Source of the DNA: Laetmonice hystrix
Lineage: Eukaryota
DNA length: 64,000 nt
NCBI GenBank assembly: GCA_965235115.1
Contig: OZ249436.1
Location: 8,742,001 to 8,806,000 of the forward strand
Direction: 5' to 3'
Both the position numbers and the translations under genes were made by a program. The notes under the pieces are model-generated. The model did not search any database, had not been told where the DNA came from, and saw nothing but the letters and a program-made list of their open reading frames with translations. Positions 46,795 through 60,462 of the stretch are shown one piece after another. The number at the start of each line of letters is the position of its first letter. The first letter of the stretch is position 1.

Positions 46795-47525
46795 ATATAC
46801 ACGTGTATTCATGTATCATGATTACTTGTGTTTGGTTGACGTATGTAGATATACGTGTATTCATGTATCATGATTACTTGTGTTTGGTTGACGTATGTAG
46901 ATATACGTGTATTCATGTATCATGATTACTTGTGTTTGGTTGACGTATGTAGATATACGTGTAGTCATGTACATGTATATCATGATTACTTGTGTTTGGT
47001 TGACGTATGTAGATATACGTGTAGTCATTTATCGTGATTACTTGTGTTTGGTTGACGTATGTAGATATACGTGTAGTATTGTATCATGATTACTTGTGTT
47101 TGGTTGACGTATGTAGATATACGTGTAGTCATGTATCGTGATTACTTGTGTTTGGTTGACGTATGTAGATATACGTGTATTCATGTATCATGATTACTTG
47201 TGTTTGGTTGACGTATGTAGATATACGTGTATTCATGTATCATGATTACTTGTGTTTGGTTGACGTATGTAGATATACGTGTAGTCATGTATCGTGATTA
47301 CTTGTGTTTGGTTGACGTAGATATACGTGTATTCATGTATCATGATTACTTGTGTTTGGTTGACGTATGTAGATATACGTGTATTGATGTATCATGATTA
47401 CTTGTGTTTGGTTGACGTATGTAGATATACGTGTATTCATCTATCATGATTACTTGTGTTTGGTTGACGTATGTAGATATACGTGTATTGATGTATCATG
47501 ATTACTTGTGTTTGGTTGACCTATG
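46795..47525. repeat. 52-bp minisatellite, ~14 copies
   Basis: Unit atatacgtgtattcatgtatcatgattacttgtgtttggttgacgtatgtag. Confidence 0.95.
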
Positions 47526-49200
47526 TATAGCCAGTCTTAACTTTGACATCCAGTTTCTACACCTCAGAAAGTTCCCAATATAAACCTATAATTACATAGG
47601 GAGAGCTAGGCCTATACTTGGGTAAACTCGTGACTTGCCCGCTCATTTCTCTAACTACTCCTCGCGCCTACTTGACCCGGTACTGTAGGCTTGGACCTCT
47701 GATGAACGAAATGCGTAAAACTGACGTTATACTTATATATGTGAATCCCGCATGTATAATAAAGAAACTGTCCATGTTTGAAAAAACCCATATCCATATT
47801 TAGAAATACTAAAATGATTGAGTAACGGGCACCAACCTGGCTGTTCGTACAAACGATGTTTGGCTGCAGATATGCATTATTCAAAATGGTTACCTTGAAG
47901 CGGCACTGAACGTGCTGCGTTGATATAAACATGAAAAGGACAACCCCCGGGGGAGAATGCCCCCTGGACATGACAAAATAATATTACTGTAAAGTTAAGG
48001 CGTTTGGTGCGGCTGCCAGAAGTAAAAAAGTTGGCTGGCAGGTGTTCAGAATTTGACAAGAGCGTGCATGGCCCCGATCCCTGGCCCCGATCTATAGAGT
48101 GGACGGAAGGGTGCACGTGTGAGGCCAGTTTCTATTTACAGTTTTGCTTGTCAGACTCAAGCTGAGCTGCGAAGAACTCTAGTAATCTCGTATCGCCATC
48201 CTTGGGCGGGATACAAATTAGGCGACCTCACTTGAACGGACGGCGGCCCACTCCATGGAGAGTCTCCGTGAAGAATTTATTGGCTGCGTCGCGCCCTTTT
48301 GTTTGAGCATGGCCTGGGCTCGCAGCCGTCCCAATTGAACCCTGGTTCCCATATCGGTAATTTATGATAAAAGATATACACTGCTGCCACATTGCATACA
48401 AATCGTCGAGAGCGGCGTAGATAAGGCATGTGCACGTAGTGGCATTCTTATTTTCACTGTGGGGATGGGCGGCACATATATGATAATAGACCACGGCAGT
48501 TTCCTCCACTCATCAGCCTGTCTGTACGTGTATGATGCATTGCCATCCGTTTCGAATTTACTCGAGTTGGCGTGTATGTAAGACGAGAATACGCCACGTA
48601 TTTACTTGAGAATCTTTGCTTGCCATGTTGTCGGACATGTATAGGTATATGTGTGTCATCCTTCAATTAACTACGCCCTCCGGCCACTAAGTGATCGCAC
48701 TATTTTTCTTCAAAGAGCACCCCAAGGCTGTCTGTGTGGACCATTAAACATCTACCCGAGGGCCAGAGTCATGGAACAAATACTAACTTTTAGTCTAGTG
48801 CACAAACTCATGTATCGTTCGTCTTGCGTCATTATATAATTGCACATTAATCAATAACTCTGGAAATATTGGGTTCACATGCACATAATTATCAGCTTCT
48901 AAGATGAATGGCCGGGCACAACAATAGCATGCATTCTCGAATAAATCCTCGAATCTGTATAAGCTCTTTACTAGACTTGTTCATTGTACCCCCCCCCCCC
49001 ATAATATAATTGTTATGTTATGTTGCTTTCGTATTTGTAGGCCGATCTTACTATGTATGGAGAACGCATCATGCCATTCACCCCTAAAGGGCATATTTTA
49101 TGGAAGCCGCTTTTCATAATTACTTACTCTTAGTCACACCATTTCGCAGGCATGGAAGAACATTGTAATTGTCATCATTTTGTGAGAACTAGAGGGAGGA

Positions 49201-49238
49201 CATGTTGTTAGGTCACGGTGACAGGACCTAACAACATG
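49201..49238. repeat. Perfect 14-bp inverted repeat with 10-nt loop
   Basis: catgttgttaggtc-acggtgacag-gacctaacaacatg. Confidence 0.85.
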
Positions 49239-51472
49239 CCCTATATCCTCAACATCGCCATGCCCTATCCACTTTGACGATACCACCAAGATAGGAAAAT
49301 ATCGCTATGTTTATTTTATTGAGCGTCAAGATTAACGTGAGCTGCCACCCTAAGCTCGGATATAATATTTATAATTCAGCCGTTTTGGTCTTTAGATATG
49401 GAGTTGAAACATAAGATGATCAGTTAGAATTATCGTATTAAACTCGAACGTTATCACGTCATATGATATACGGCTGGAGGTGCACTGTATCAGTCAGATA
49501 CATGCAGTGGACCCATGTAAACTCTTTAGAACATCAGAATGCCTTTTCATAGCAACAGTATTGAGCCATAGGACTATAAATATATCGTCGGAAAAAGTTC
49601 TATTGATCACCCAGATGGTTCAAGTTGATCGTTTACAGATAATTAACGTCCCTATCATGTTATGGCTCGCCCACACAGCGTTGGCAGCGAAGGAATGTTT
49701 TTCCAGGTTTTTTTTAACCAAAGAAAAAACTGACGCGCTTTTTGGGACCTCTTTATGTTTAACGTTTGTGTATCATTTGTTTATGGTGAAGATGAAGGCG
49801 AGCACTGCCTTCACATGCAGACCACGGTATGTAAACTCGGCCACGCTCGACCGGCCACCTGAAGGAGGTACTGTGGCGTCTGAAGGTGTGGAGGTGGGCT
49901 ATGTGGGCGGGGGAATGATCGCAGAGTGACAGCAAAGGACGTTTTTATAAGGTTGACAGCGGAAAACCCAACAGTGATGATTTTAGTCGGGCGGGGGATG
50001 ACAGTCACATATCTGATATATAGGCTGATACGATGGCGCCCTCTATGAGAATTCTCGGCGTTGTTCCATGCGGTACGAGACCATCGCGAGTTCTCACATT
50101 AGAATGCGGCGTGCGAAACTTCAATCCAATGATGAGTCATTCGATGAATATACATGCTGAGCAGCAAGCAGACTGTTGTAACTGGTTTGACAACATCCTT
50201 AAGCAGATATCACTTTTTCTCTCCAGGCGCTGTCCCTGCGTTCAGTATAAAACCACCGTATATGATAACATGTTATTCGTTCGCGTTTGCTCTTTGCCCC
50301 AGAAGGTCGTTATAATTATCTTGGCAGTAAGACCTCCATGAATTATGCCATTTCAGGAATGTTGGCTTATTATGACAAGCCAACTACATTTGATATAAAA
50401 ACGGCAGCATGTGTCTGATATAAAAACCTAGTCATCGAGTGTGGTCCAACATTCCGCCAGAATCCAAACACAGCCATTCCTCATGCAGGCCGTGGATATG
50501 TCTAATTGATGTGTCGTGAATGAAAAGATAAACGCATTCAATGTTTGGAAAACGTGCTGTATACATGCGATGTAAGGTTTCGATAGCTGTCTTACGTGAA
50601 CTGCATTTTTTTGCACCCACACATACACACCCACACCGACTGAAGAGATATCGAATCATATTGCACTATTGTGTACATACACTCGTTCTATCCTCCAATC
50701 GCTGTTCCTCATGACACATGGTGAACATGGTGAACATAGTGAGAGCATGAGAATTATCGCATGCACGTAGTTCGTATTCACCTGACACAAGTGTTCTCAT
50801 GTTTATGTATTGTATTCATTGTCTTTGGTAATCAGACCATACAGACCTCTCAAACACGCACAGATTCACCTGAAATATATGGACGCCTATAAATATAATT
50901 TATACAACTATTACATAAAAAAGAAAATATTTAATCGGATTACAGATTTATTCCTCTTAAAGTCGGTTTACCATATGAATAATCATACCAAGTCCCGTCA
51001 TTTCATAATCCGTAATAGCCTGGTCAGTAATAAATCAGACTGTATACCATGTGTAGGCATGGGTTTATATACGAGCACGTTAACGACCTGCATACCGAGT
51101 ATCCTGGGTTTAAAGGTGCTATTCGTCTCGCACAGAATGGCATTTCTCCTAGCATACTTTATGCACATACTACTAGAAAAAATTGCTACCGATACCATTG
51201 GCCTGATGGACCTTCTATTAGTCTGTGTGTGCAGCATTTGAAACCTACCGAGATAGAGCCATTTCCTGCATGGGAGCGTGTCAGGGTCTCCACAGCCCTT
51301 CTGGGAGAGCCCCATTTGTGCCATTATCCATGAAAAATTTTGATTTCCTTGGTTGTGAATCTATTTCCATGATAGGTGGGATCACATAAACGTCAACAAA
51401 ATGAAATATAAAAAAAATTGAACTTTTTCCCACGAATAGCACCTTTAACCTGTATGTATCCGACTTCTTCAG

Positions 51473-51637
51473 GAGGTGGCTACCCGTTGATGGGCCCGTA
51501 CCTGGGCAGGGCGAGCGGCGCGGGCGGCGGAGGCTCCGCGGCAGGCCAGGGCGCCTCGTCTGAAGCTGCCTTCAAGGGTCTCGTTCCGGGTCTGCCGCAC
51601 CACTGGCCGCAGTCGGCACACGCCTCGGCCACCGAAG
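51473..51637 (+). CDS. TNRC18/BAHCC1: Coding exon 2 of TNRC18/BAHCC1-like gene: (R)GGYPLMGPYLGR...EAAFKG...HHWPQSAHASATE
   Basis: Acceptor gacttcttcAG, donor g|GTGAG, 165 nt phase 1-1, GC-rich island in AT-rich intron; resembles recalled FMGSFL...QLWAAHAHEG exon of the human genes. Confidence 0.78.
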
Positions 51638-52899
51638 GTGAGAACATTCACTCCCGTGAGCTAAAGCTTTAAAGTTCAATCCTCATATTTGTGTTTCTAA
51701 AGAAATGATTTCTGATGACTTCGATGTAAAGAGCTATCCATTTTAAATTAGATTGCGGTGTATTTAAGGTGTAACCTTAGACGACATCACCTGTTAGAAC
51801 GCGTTTTTTCATTCATCAATCTTAGAACTGCATGCCATATTTGTTTCCTAAATGTTTTAATCGATCCCAATAATTTTAGACACTAGCCTATATGTTACCA
51901 GCATGTGATTTGGGCTTATCCCCAGAATGATACATTGCCTGATGATCATGACGTCCGAAGTGCATATTCTTGTAGTCTGCAAGATATATTATCAAAAGTA
52001 ACCTGATAAAATGCCCTAACAAGAAATATTTGCGGTCGTCGTTGGTAATTTACGCCACGAATTATAAATTGGCCACATGAGGAGCACAGTGAATTGTATC
52101 TCCTGACCGTGCTGCAAGTAGTATGTACAAAGTGACGTCTAACGGCGGCCAAGATGGACAGATTATTGTCGGGTCATCTGGAATAAAGAATACACCGATT
52201 CTAAGTCTTCTAAATATACAAACTCCGCACGGATAATGATATGTATGCTTTAATTCTTAAAGAATCTGTTTATTCATGACGGTACGCGGTGTAGGGTGTA
52301 CATGTTGGTCTATGACCCCCCCCCCCCGTCTTCACTTGATTTGATGAATATGATAAAGCAGGCTGTCATCAGTTTTATTATGCCTCGTTATTTTTGTGTC
52401 GGTGTGCCGAATAGATGGTCAAGATATTGGAGCAATTTGAATGCCTTAGAATATTCTATTCTATTGATATAAGTGGACTTGAAACTATAGTCTGTAAGAT
52501 ACGCGAAGGTCATGGAAACAAAAGTAAGCGTTGAATGGTGTGTCATTATAATACTGATTGGAGGCGTCTATTTATAGTTTACCCCCGCGCTATGATTGGC
52601 CTGCATGCCCACCCAGGATGCAGCAGTAATACCTGTAAACCCAAGCCAACCTTCACACAGTGTTAATTTCCTAGTTAGCTTCCAGGGGCGGGGCTGGTCG
52701 GCCGACCCTCTCATCTGTGTACTCGTCCCTCTGCCGCCGCGTGATGTACTTTCTGTGTGGGAAGGCGTTCACCAAATATTGGCCTTCCGTCAATTGTTTG
52801 TTGACAAGATACGGTTGGCCTAGGTGGCAGCGCGGTGGGTAGTTGACATAGGGGGCGCGTGAGATGGCGGTGGTCGTGGTTCCCAGCCCGGCTCCCAGT

Positions 52900-52980
52900 G
52901 GGGTGAGGGAGGGGGTGTAAGGGTAGGGGTGGGGGTGTAAGGGTAGGGGTGGGGGTAAGGGTATGGGTGGGGGTAAGGAG
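52900..52980. repeat. G-rich short repeat (taagggtaggggtgggggtg)
   Basis: More than eight G3-G5 runs in 80 nt. Confidence 0.85.
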
Positions 52981-53261
52981 TGGCGACAGCTCCCGGTAGG
53001 TCGGTGACCCTGGAGTACCGACACCGTACGCGTACATACTCGAATGTCGATTGTCGATGCCGTATATCGAGGCCAGCACCCAACCTGACTTCGGTACCTT
53101 TGTAAAGACCTGGTAATCGGTACTTCTGTCCGTACGCTATCAAGCACAGTTCGAATTCACGTAATGGTAACGTCTTTTACTATTCTGAATTAAAAATGAT
53201 TAAGTAGCTGTTATCCTCACGTTTCGTAGTCCGAAAATATATATTTTAAAACACCAAACAG

Positions 53262-53370
53262 TGGAAACGCGACTATAATGTATCGGTATGGAAACGCGAC
53301 TATAATATATCGGTATGGAAACGCGACTATAATATATCGGTATGGAAACGCGAATATAATATATCGGTAT
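53262..53370. repeat. 27-bp tandem repeat, 4 copies
   Basis: tggaaacgcgactataatatatcggta x4. Confidence 0.9.
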
Positions 53371-54777
53371 ACGTGTCGCAAATTTCCAAACGATATGCTT
53401 CCCTAAAGTTCAATGTTCGAGGAAAGTTTTCAAAAAATGGCCAACCAATCACACTGTAGGCCGATATTACAGTACTTATTTTTAGAAAGAAACCCTTTCA
53501 GTAATTCTTCTTTCTAAACAAAGAAACAAAAAGTCGTGTCTGCAATCATTGTCCGTACAACTGGGTCATGTTTCGTTTGATTCAAGTGTTCTGTCCTGGT
53601 AAAATACGCATTCAAACTGATGTATTGTGTCGATAAAAGAGGAAAAAATCTGTAGAGTATGTAGTCATCTACCTCAACAGTAATCAAGCCAGAAGAAAGA
53701 AATAAAGCATTGTCTTTACAACGAATCTGATCCATTATACAGCTTTTCTGCCATACAAGAAAGATTTTGATTTGCAAACGGAAAAGAAATTGTCAGAAAT
53801 TTTTTTTTTTAATAAAAAACTGGTAGGTTTTGTCAGAGGATGTTCTCTTGCAGATTTTAATTGGTGGATCTTGTAATTTGAACAATAAACCTTGGTACGC
53901 ATTCCAAATCATTCTCATGTTGGAGATGGGCGTAGATTACCTGGTTTATATACGATAGCAGACGTCGTAAATGTATCTTTTATGTATATTTATGCAGACA
54001 TATATTATTTGACACGGCCCTTGCCGTGGGTATAGGCCGTGGTGCTGTACCAACATGTCTGTGGTTGTCCAAAACCTCACCAACTCCCCCAAGGAAGGCG
54101 TGGACGTGAACCAGTGGCACACCAGGGCCCACAGAACCATGCTGACTCATGCTGCACGGGACGCGTGTCTCCCGACAGTAGAACTTTCAGACAACCTTTA
54201 GTTTATTACGCTAATATGCACACACCAACACACGCCCCATCGCCACCTCTACAATCACTGCCCTAAATAATGATGATGCATGGGAATTCTGCGAGCAAGG
54301 AAGGCCGGAACACAAAGGGCAACAATCTTGATTAATTATAATGGATTCTGTGCTCAGTGCACCGTACAACTTCACATGTATACACGTCATGCTGTTACAT
54401 ATTGCCAGCATCTTAGTTTATCCAGAATATGTTCTTGATCAGACTTTCTTTTGAAGAACTTGTAGATTATCGAACGTCAGCTTAAGGTATAATCTAATTG
54501 GGCACAGCATGAAACCCGCATTTCCTACCTCCAGCGATTCGTCATGAAGATGTCTGGGTGGCACAGAAGTCGGGTTTGTGTAGGGGACGCCTTACCAGCA
54601 GTACCCAGTACCAGTGCTTCTAGATGAGGGCATGTGCACAGGACCAGGCATATAGACTTATCTGGTCCAGTGTATTTGGTGTATAGATTGAGGGAATTCG
54701 GTGCCAGATTCAACAGTACTCGCATAAATCCTACAGCAAACGTCGCCCCAATCCGACCAGGCATGACACTGGTGTAT

Positions 54778-55030
54778 AAATAGCAACGGTAAGGTGAAGG
54801 GTGTCGAGTCCGCCGGTAGTTACTCCAAATATAGCAACGGTAAGGTGAAGGGTGTCGAGTCCGCCGGTAGTTACTCCAAATATAGCAAAGGTAAGGTGAA
54901 GGGTGTCGAGTCCGCCGGTAGTTACCCCAAATATAGCAACGGTAAGGTGAAGGGTGTCGAGTCCGCCGGTAGTTACCCCAAATATAGCAACGGTAAGGTG
55001 AAGGGTGTCGAGTCCGCCGGTAGTTACTCA
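54778..55030. repeat. 51-bp minisatellite, 5 copies
   Basis: Unit aaatatagcaacggtaaggtgaagggtgtcgagtccgccggtagttactcc. Confidence 0.95.
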
Positions 55031-56081
55031 AAGAATAAATGTGTTTCTTGATCACTCTTCGGCCACCCAAGAAAAATGTTGCCGAGATAAAGCAAGAACA
55101 GGGTAAAATGGAAGTAGGCCTAAGTCGAGTGTCTCGGACCGGCAGCCGTCAGAGTCTGGTTGGATCTAGTTGTTGGTCAGCTAGAATAGGCCGAAATCGA
55201 ACTGCTACATTGTGAACCAAGCCCTGGAATCATGCAGAGTTGAGGTGTACAGGTTTTCTAGTGTCCTCAGTCGGTTGTCTACATGCAATCATTGCCATGA
55301 GTCGTGTGTGCGTGAGTCTAGACGTACGAACACACGGACGGACGCACGGACGTCCTGTGTAACATGGAGTCATGTCGTTGTGGACGGAGAGATGTATCTC
55401 TAGAGTAGGACATTCCCTTATTCTCTCACAAGTTGACAGGTTGCATTAGATGTACATAATCGTGCACGTTCAGAGAAGTCGGTTCAAAGGAAAGCACGCG
55501 TTGCCGTGGGCGCTGATTTCAAAGACCGTCGGCCTTGTGAGAGTGGCTTGGAACAACGTCTGACAATGCCAACTTCGTGATCAGCCACGTCAGAGAGCAG
55601 TGGCACCACACACGGAGTCAGTTTTTCTTAAAGTCTGAAGGAGTTACTTCATGGAAACGTTTTGTTCTGCATGTCAACGTGTTTTATGATTTTTTTTAGT
55701 TTTCTGTTTAGATCGTACACTTAAGCTAGACGCACACCAACCGACTTTGACTAACTCCACTCAGGGCAAAAATGGTCGGCCGATGGTCGGTCGACGGACT
55801 ATAAACCGGCCTTAACTCTTTGGATTACCCTTCGCAGCCCAACACTCTCAAGAACCTTCGTTTGTTCTGTTGTAGGGGCCTATAGGGCATTCAGTGCTTT
55901 CGGTTCTTTCTCTGATTTTGAAGTTGGGATTCACATTTGGATTTTTTTCTGAGCAATTTCTTAATTGAGAAGTGGTTGCCTCAAGGTGATCTTACTTGAT
56001 ATGTAAGAATTATGTCATTTGATATCTATAGCGATATGCTCCCAGTTAAGGATTTTGAAAGAAGAGGCTCGGAGCTAAGGC

Positions 56082-56183
56082 ATAGATGAAGGTGAGCTTT
56101 AGGCGGTGGGTTGTGCTTGAGCGACATGTATAGATGAAGGTGAGCTTTAGGCAGTGGGTTGTGCTTGAGCGACATGTATAGAG
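56082..56183. repeat. 48-bp tandem duplication
   Basis: atagatgaaggtgagctttaggcggtgggttgtgcttgagcgacatgt x2. Confidence 0.9.
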
Positions 56184-57519
56184 AGCACTGGTCAGTGTGA
56201 CTACTGATCGTTCAACATGTATTCTATTTATTGCCATTTGCCCTCCGCGATATAATGGTTTAATTGACCGTTCTCTCTAACTGTACAGAGAAATTTTACC
56301 TTGCAATTTGCCAAAGCATGAGTTCTTTTTCTGTATTGGTGATTCCCGTATCTGTTTTTGGTATAACAAGAAAGTTTAACTGAAGAAGGCATTTATTTTT
56401 GTTCTTGTCTGTGTGTCTGCATCCTCTTGTAACTGATCGGTCGGGAAACCCAACGCGCATGCAGAAAATCTATTATCCTGTTGAATAATCTAGAGGTAGC
56501 TCCTTACGGTAAAAGGTATCCTCTCCAAAAAATTGCCTTACTCGGGGGAAATCTAATTCTTTTAAATTTAAAGGTCAAAAAAGGTCTTAACATGGTCTAA
56601 GATCTAAATGTTCATGGGCCTGAGTTGCAGAGGCAGTCGTGCTGAGTTGCTCACCATGACGCGTGCAAGTTGGCCATATATACCCAACGATCTGTCCCGT
56701 CAGAAGAGATGGCGCGGCACGTAAGGTTTAGTATTAAAAGAAGAATTCACCCCTGGCCACGTGACCAGAGGGCAAGGGGGTGATAGAGGAGGGTCTGGAC
56801 AGATAACAAGTTAGATCTCTATATGAAAATCTCGAAAATACCTAAATTTTACTGTATCTATAGGATTCTACGCTGTTCAGCATACTGTTTGGTGGATACG
56901 TGACCACGTGCAGTAACCGGGTTTTTGCCGGGGCATACACCGAAACTGCATTTTGTATTGCGCATTTCTATTTGAATAGAGAGACATGTCAAATAGTTTC
57001 CGTGGTGGTTACTGGTTGTTCAAGGGACGCCACGATCGATCTGAAAACCTCACAGCGACCACAGTCCGTGAATATTTTCATTATGATAATTATGGAACCC
57101 GTATGGGTCTATACCGATCGACAGTACACGTGGACAGCAGGGTGTAGTTGGTTGCAGACCCACATGGTTCGACCAACTACAGCTAATTAATGGTCTATTG
57201 GCTTCTATCGTTTTCTGTATTAGTCCAAGGTTCATACAAGGTCCTCAGTTCCAACGTGACTGTCTCAGAATATGGGTTGCGATTTCCTTCTCATTTCCCT
57301 TGCACGGCATCTACAAAAATATTGCAGTGCCTGCCGTTCTGAGAGACCATTGCCTTCAATTTGCCATTATTATGTACTACCAGTGCATCGTGGGTCCGTC
57401 TAGTACAGGTCATACTATCAATATGAAGGATAATAGATTTATATTAGCAATAATTCTGTATCCCCTATTATATCTACTCGGTAGACTTCCGGCTATATAA
57501 GGTCTGCACCCTCATCGGC

Positions 57520-58935
57520 CCTGCCCATCACCGAATGTACTCTGCCCATCACCGAATGTACAGACTGCCCATCACCGAATGTATACAGACTCTGCCCATC
57601 ACCCAATGTATACAGACTCTGCCCATCACCCAATGTATACACACTCTGCCCATCACCGAATGTATACAGACTGCCCATCACCGAATGTATACAGACTCTG
57701 CCCATCACCGAATGTATACAGACTGCCCATCACCGAATGTATACAGACTTGCCCGTCACCGAATGTATACAGACTGCCCATCACCCAATGTATACAGACT
57801 CTGCCCATCACCCAATGTATACAGACTCTGCCCATCACTGAATGTATACAGACTCTGCCCATCACCGAATGTATACAGACTCTGCCCATCACCCAATGTA
57901 TACAGACTCTGCCCATCACTGAATGTATACAGACTGCCCATCACCCAATGTATACAGACTCTGCCCATCACCCAATGTATACAGACTCTGCCCATCACTG
58001 AATGTATACAGACTGCCCATCACCCAATGTATACAGACTCTGCCCATCACCCAATGTATACACTCTGCCCATCACCCAATGTATACAGACTCTGCCCATC
58101 ACCCAATGTATACAGACTGCCCATCACCCAATGTATACAGACTCTGCCCATCACCCAATGTACTCTGCCCATCACTGAATGTATACAGACTCTGCCCATC
58201 ACCGAATGTATACAGACTCTGCCCATCACCGAATGTATACAGACTCTGCCCATCACCCAATGTATACAGACTCTGCCTATCACCCAATGTATACAGACTC
58301 TGCCCATCACCCAATGTATACAGACTCTGCCCATCACCGAATGTATACAGACTGCCCATCACCCAATGTATACAGACTCTGCCCATCACCCAATGTATAC
58401 AGACTCTGCCCATCACTGAATGTATACAGACTCTGCCCATCACCCAATGTATACAGACTCTGCCCATCACCCAATGTATACAGACTGCCCATCACCCAAT
58501 GTATACAGACTCTGCCCATCACCCAATGTATACAGACTCTGCCCATCACTGAATGTATACAGACTGCCCATCACCCAATGTATACAGACTCTGCCCATCA
58601 CCCAATGTATACAGACTCTGCCCATCACCCAATGTATACACACTCTGCCCATCACCCAATGTATGTACACACTCTGCCCATCACCCAATGTATGTACACA
58701 CTCTGCCCATCACCCAATGTATACCCACTCTGCCCATCACCCAATGTATACACACTCTGCCCATCACCCAATGTATGTACACACTCTGCCCATCACCCAA
58801 TGTATGTACACACTCTGCCCATCACCCAATGTATGTACACACTCTGCCCATCACCCAATGTATGTACACACTCTGCCCATCACCCAATGTACTCTGCCCA
58901 TCACCCAATGTACTCTGCCCATCACCCAATGTATA
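57520..58935. repeat. 27/25-bp minisatellite, ~50 copies
   Basis: Unit tctgcccatcacccaatgtatacagac; 31-bp variants (gtatgtacacac) clustered at the right end. Confidence 0.97.
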
Positions 58936-59102
58936 CACTTGTCAAAAAGCCGTCATCTATGTCGGGTCAGTAGAAGTGGGAGGTAATCGTTTTCAGGATT
59001 ATAGACCTAAGTTTTCGAGGTTAGTATAGGACATAAAGCATAAAGTGAGGTGGAGATCCGCTATAGAAAGGGAAGCAGCCTGGCATGTAGAGGTAGTAAG
59101 TG

Positions 59103-59116
59103 TCGCCACCTGGTGA
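59103..59116 (-). promoter_or_regulatory. CTCF-like motif
   Basis: Minus strand TCACCAGGTGGCGA, 12/14 match, ~240 bp before exon 3; motif match only. Confidence 0.25.
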
Positions 59117-59347
59117 CGTCTTACATGACCATCCGCCAGTAATGGCACCAAGCCCAATGGCCTCCCGGGCAATCGGAGGGCGATCAAACTTTCAGGGAAA
59201 ACGCGGTATCTCGGTCATACATAAGGCGCCAATGTGGAAAAAGTTTGACGAACTGAATAATGTGTGTCTGCGATCTCTGACACTATGATTGATATCTCGG
59301 TCTTCCTTGGCAGATCGGTAACAATGAATTTTTGTTTTCGTTTGTAG

Positions 59348-59488
59348 CGAGTCTGGAACGCGCGGGACTTCATGGAGGAATGTATCCGCCCTATCTACCA
59401 CTGCTCTCCTCGGCCGAAAACATGCAACTCTTCCAGCAACAGAGCCAGCCCCTGCACGCCTATCACAGGATCTACGACCTACACAAAG
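59348..59488 (+). CDS. TNRC18/BAHCC1: Coding exon 3 of TNRC18/BAHCC1-like gene: (A)SLERAGLHGGMYPPYLPLL...YHRIYDLHK
   Basis: Acceptor tttgttttcgtttgtAG, donor aag|GTATAC, 141 nt phase 1-1; resembles recalled GLYPSYL (TNRC18) and HRFYGTQK (BAHCC1) at the same exon end. Confidence 0.75.
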
Positions 59489-60462
59489 GTATACACTGAT
59501 CTCTGTCTACCCTCAGTCTCTCAGTCTGCCGCGCCAGACCGGTTTGCTGCTTGGTCCAACTTGTCTTAAACGGTTTCAAAATTGGTCGCCATGGATTTGC
59601 AAGATTGGTGAGGAAGAGATATAAAAACAAAGCCTATGTATATGACAGGTGTGAATAGAAGTTAAGACGGATGTGAATCCGGTAAAAAACTGGTTGGAGA
59701 GGCTATTGGATTCGGTTCCTAGTTACTTTCATATCGAGACACTTTGACATTATAGTGAGAGATACTCGGTATGTTAATAATCTCCCGGGTATGCTTTGTA
59801 AGGGGAGCTTCCCAAGCCAACAGACAAAAACAAAAATAAACCTCGGCGGCGGACTTCCTCATCTCAGAATAAGTCCACCTCTGAACAATCTTTTTATATC
59901 AGCTATGATGGAATCGGAGAGGGGACACAACCTTTGGTAAAAATACAAGTTGATAAAGAATTGGCACACGCTCTGTTGGACAAGTGTACGTGAGTTGATT
60001 GAAGTTTTATTGTAATGCCAGTGAAAAGGCTGGTAGATACAGATGGTGTGGCTTTGGGCCGTCATTGACGCACATAATATATGCAATTCAGCGTTGTTAC
60101 AATTTATGTCTCTTGAACAGAAATGTAATATATTATACCAAATTAAGTAGAAAATGCAGGAACCATGACTAACGGCCACGAAAAAAAGGTGTGTCTTCGT
60201 GTCAGACATACGATGAGACATGACCACCTTGACAGTAACACGGGTTATATACTACCACTGACGTCAGGACCGGTCAAACAATGATTTAACGACAACTTTG
60301 TGGGTTAATACAAAAAACCACATCCAGGGGATGGTGATAGCTTACAGGGTGTCAGTGTCACGCCAAGGTCTACTGTTCCAATGGATCGGACCTTCAGACC
60401 ATTGGAAAAGTTGGAAATGTTTGAGGATTATACTTGTCCATGCTACACTCTACAACAGTTAC

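Noticed and set aside
47698-47735. Hammerhead-like CTGATGA-acg..cgt-AAAAC
   Set aside because: G12 is missing and stem I cannot form. A minus-strand candidate near 48490-48520 also lacks stem I.
57493-59029. Long periodic ORFs (also at 6524-7007, 11207-11745, 16222-16736, 20522-21829, 23906-24818, 35959-36745, 37492-38942, 62336-62812)
   Set aside because: They are read-through of minisatellites, open in several frames and strands with no unique domain.
59152-59207. Alternative upstream exon MAPSPMAS...GKR with a gtatct donor
   Set aside because: Weak donor; exon 2 (51473-51637) joins exon 3 with better sites and family-like motifs.
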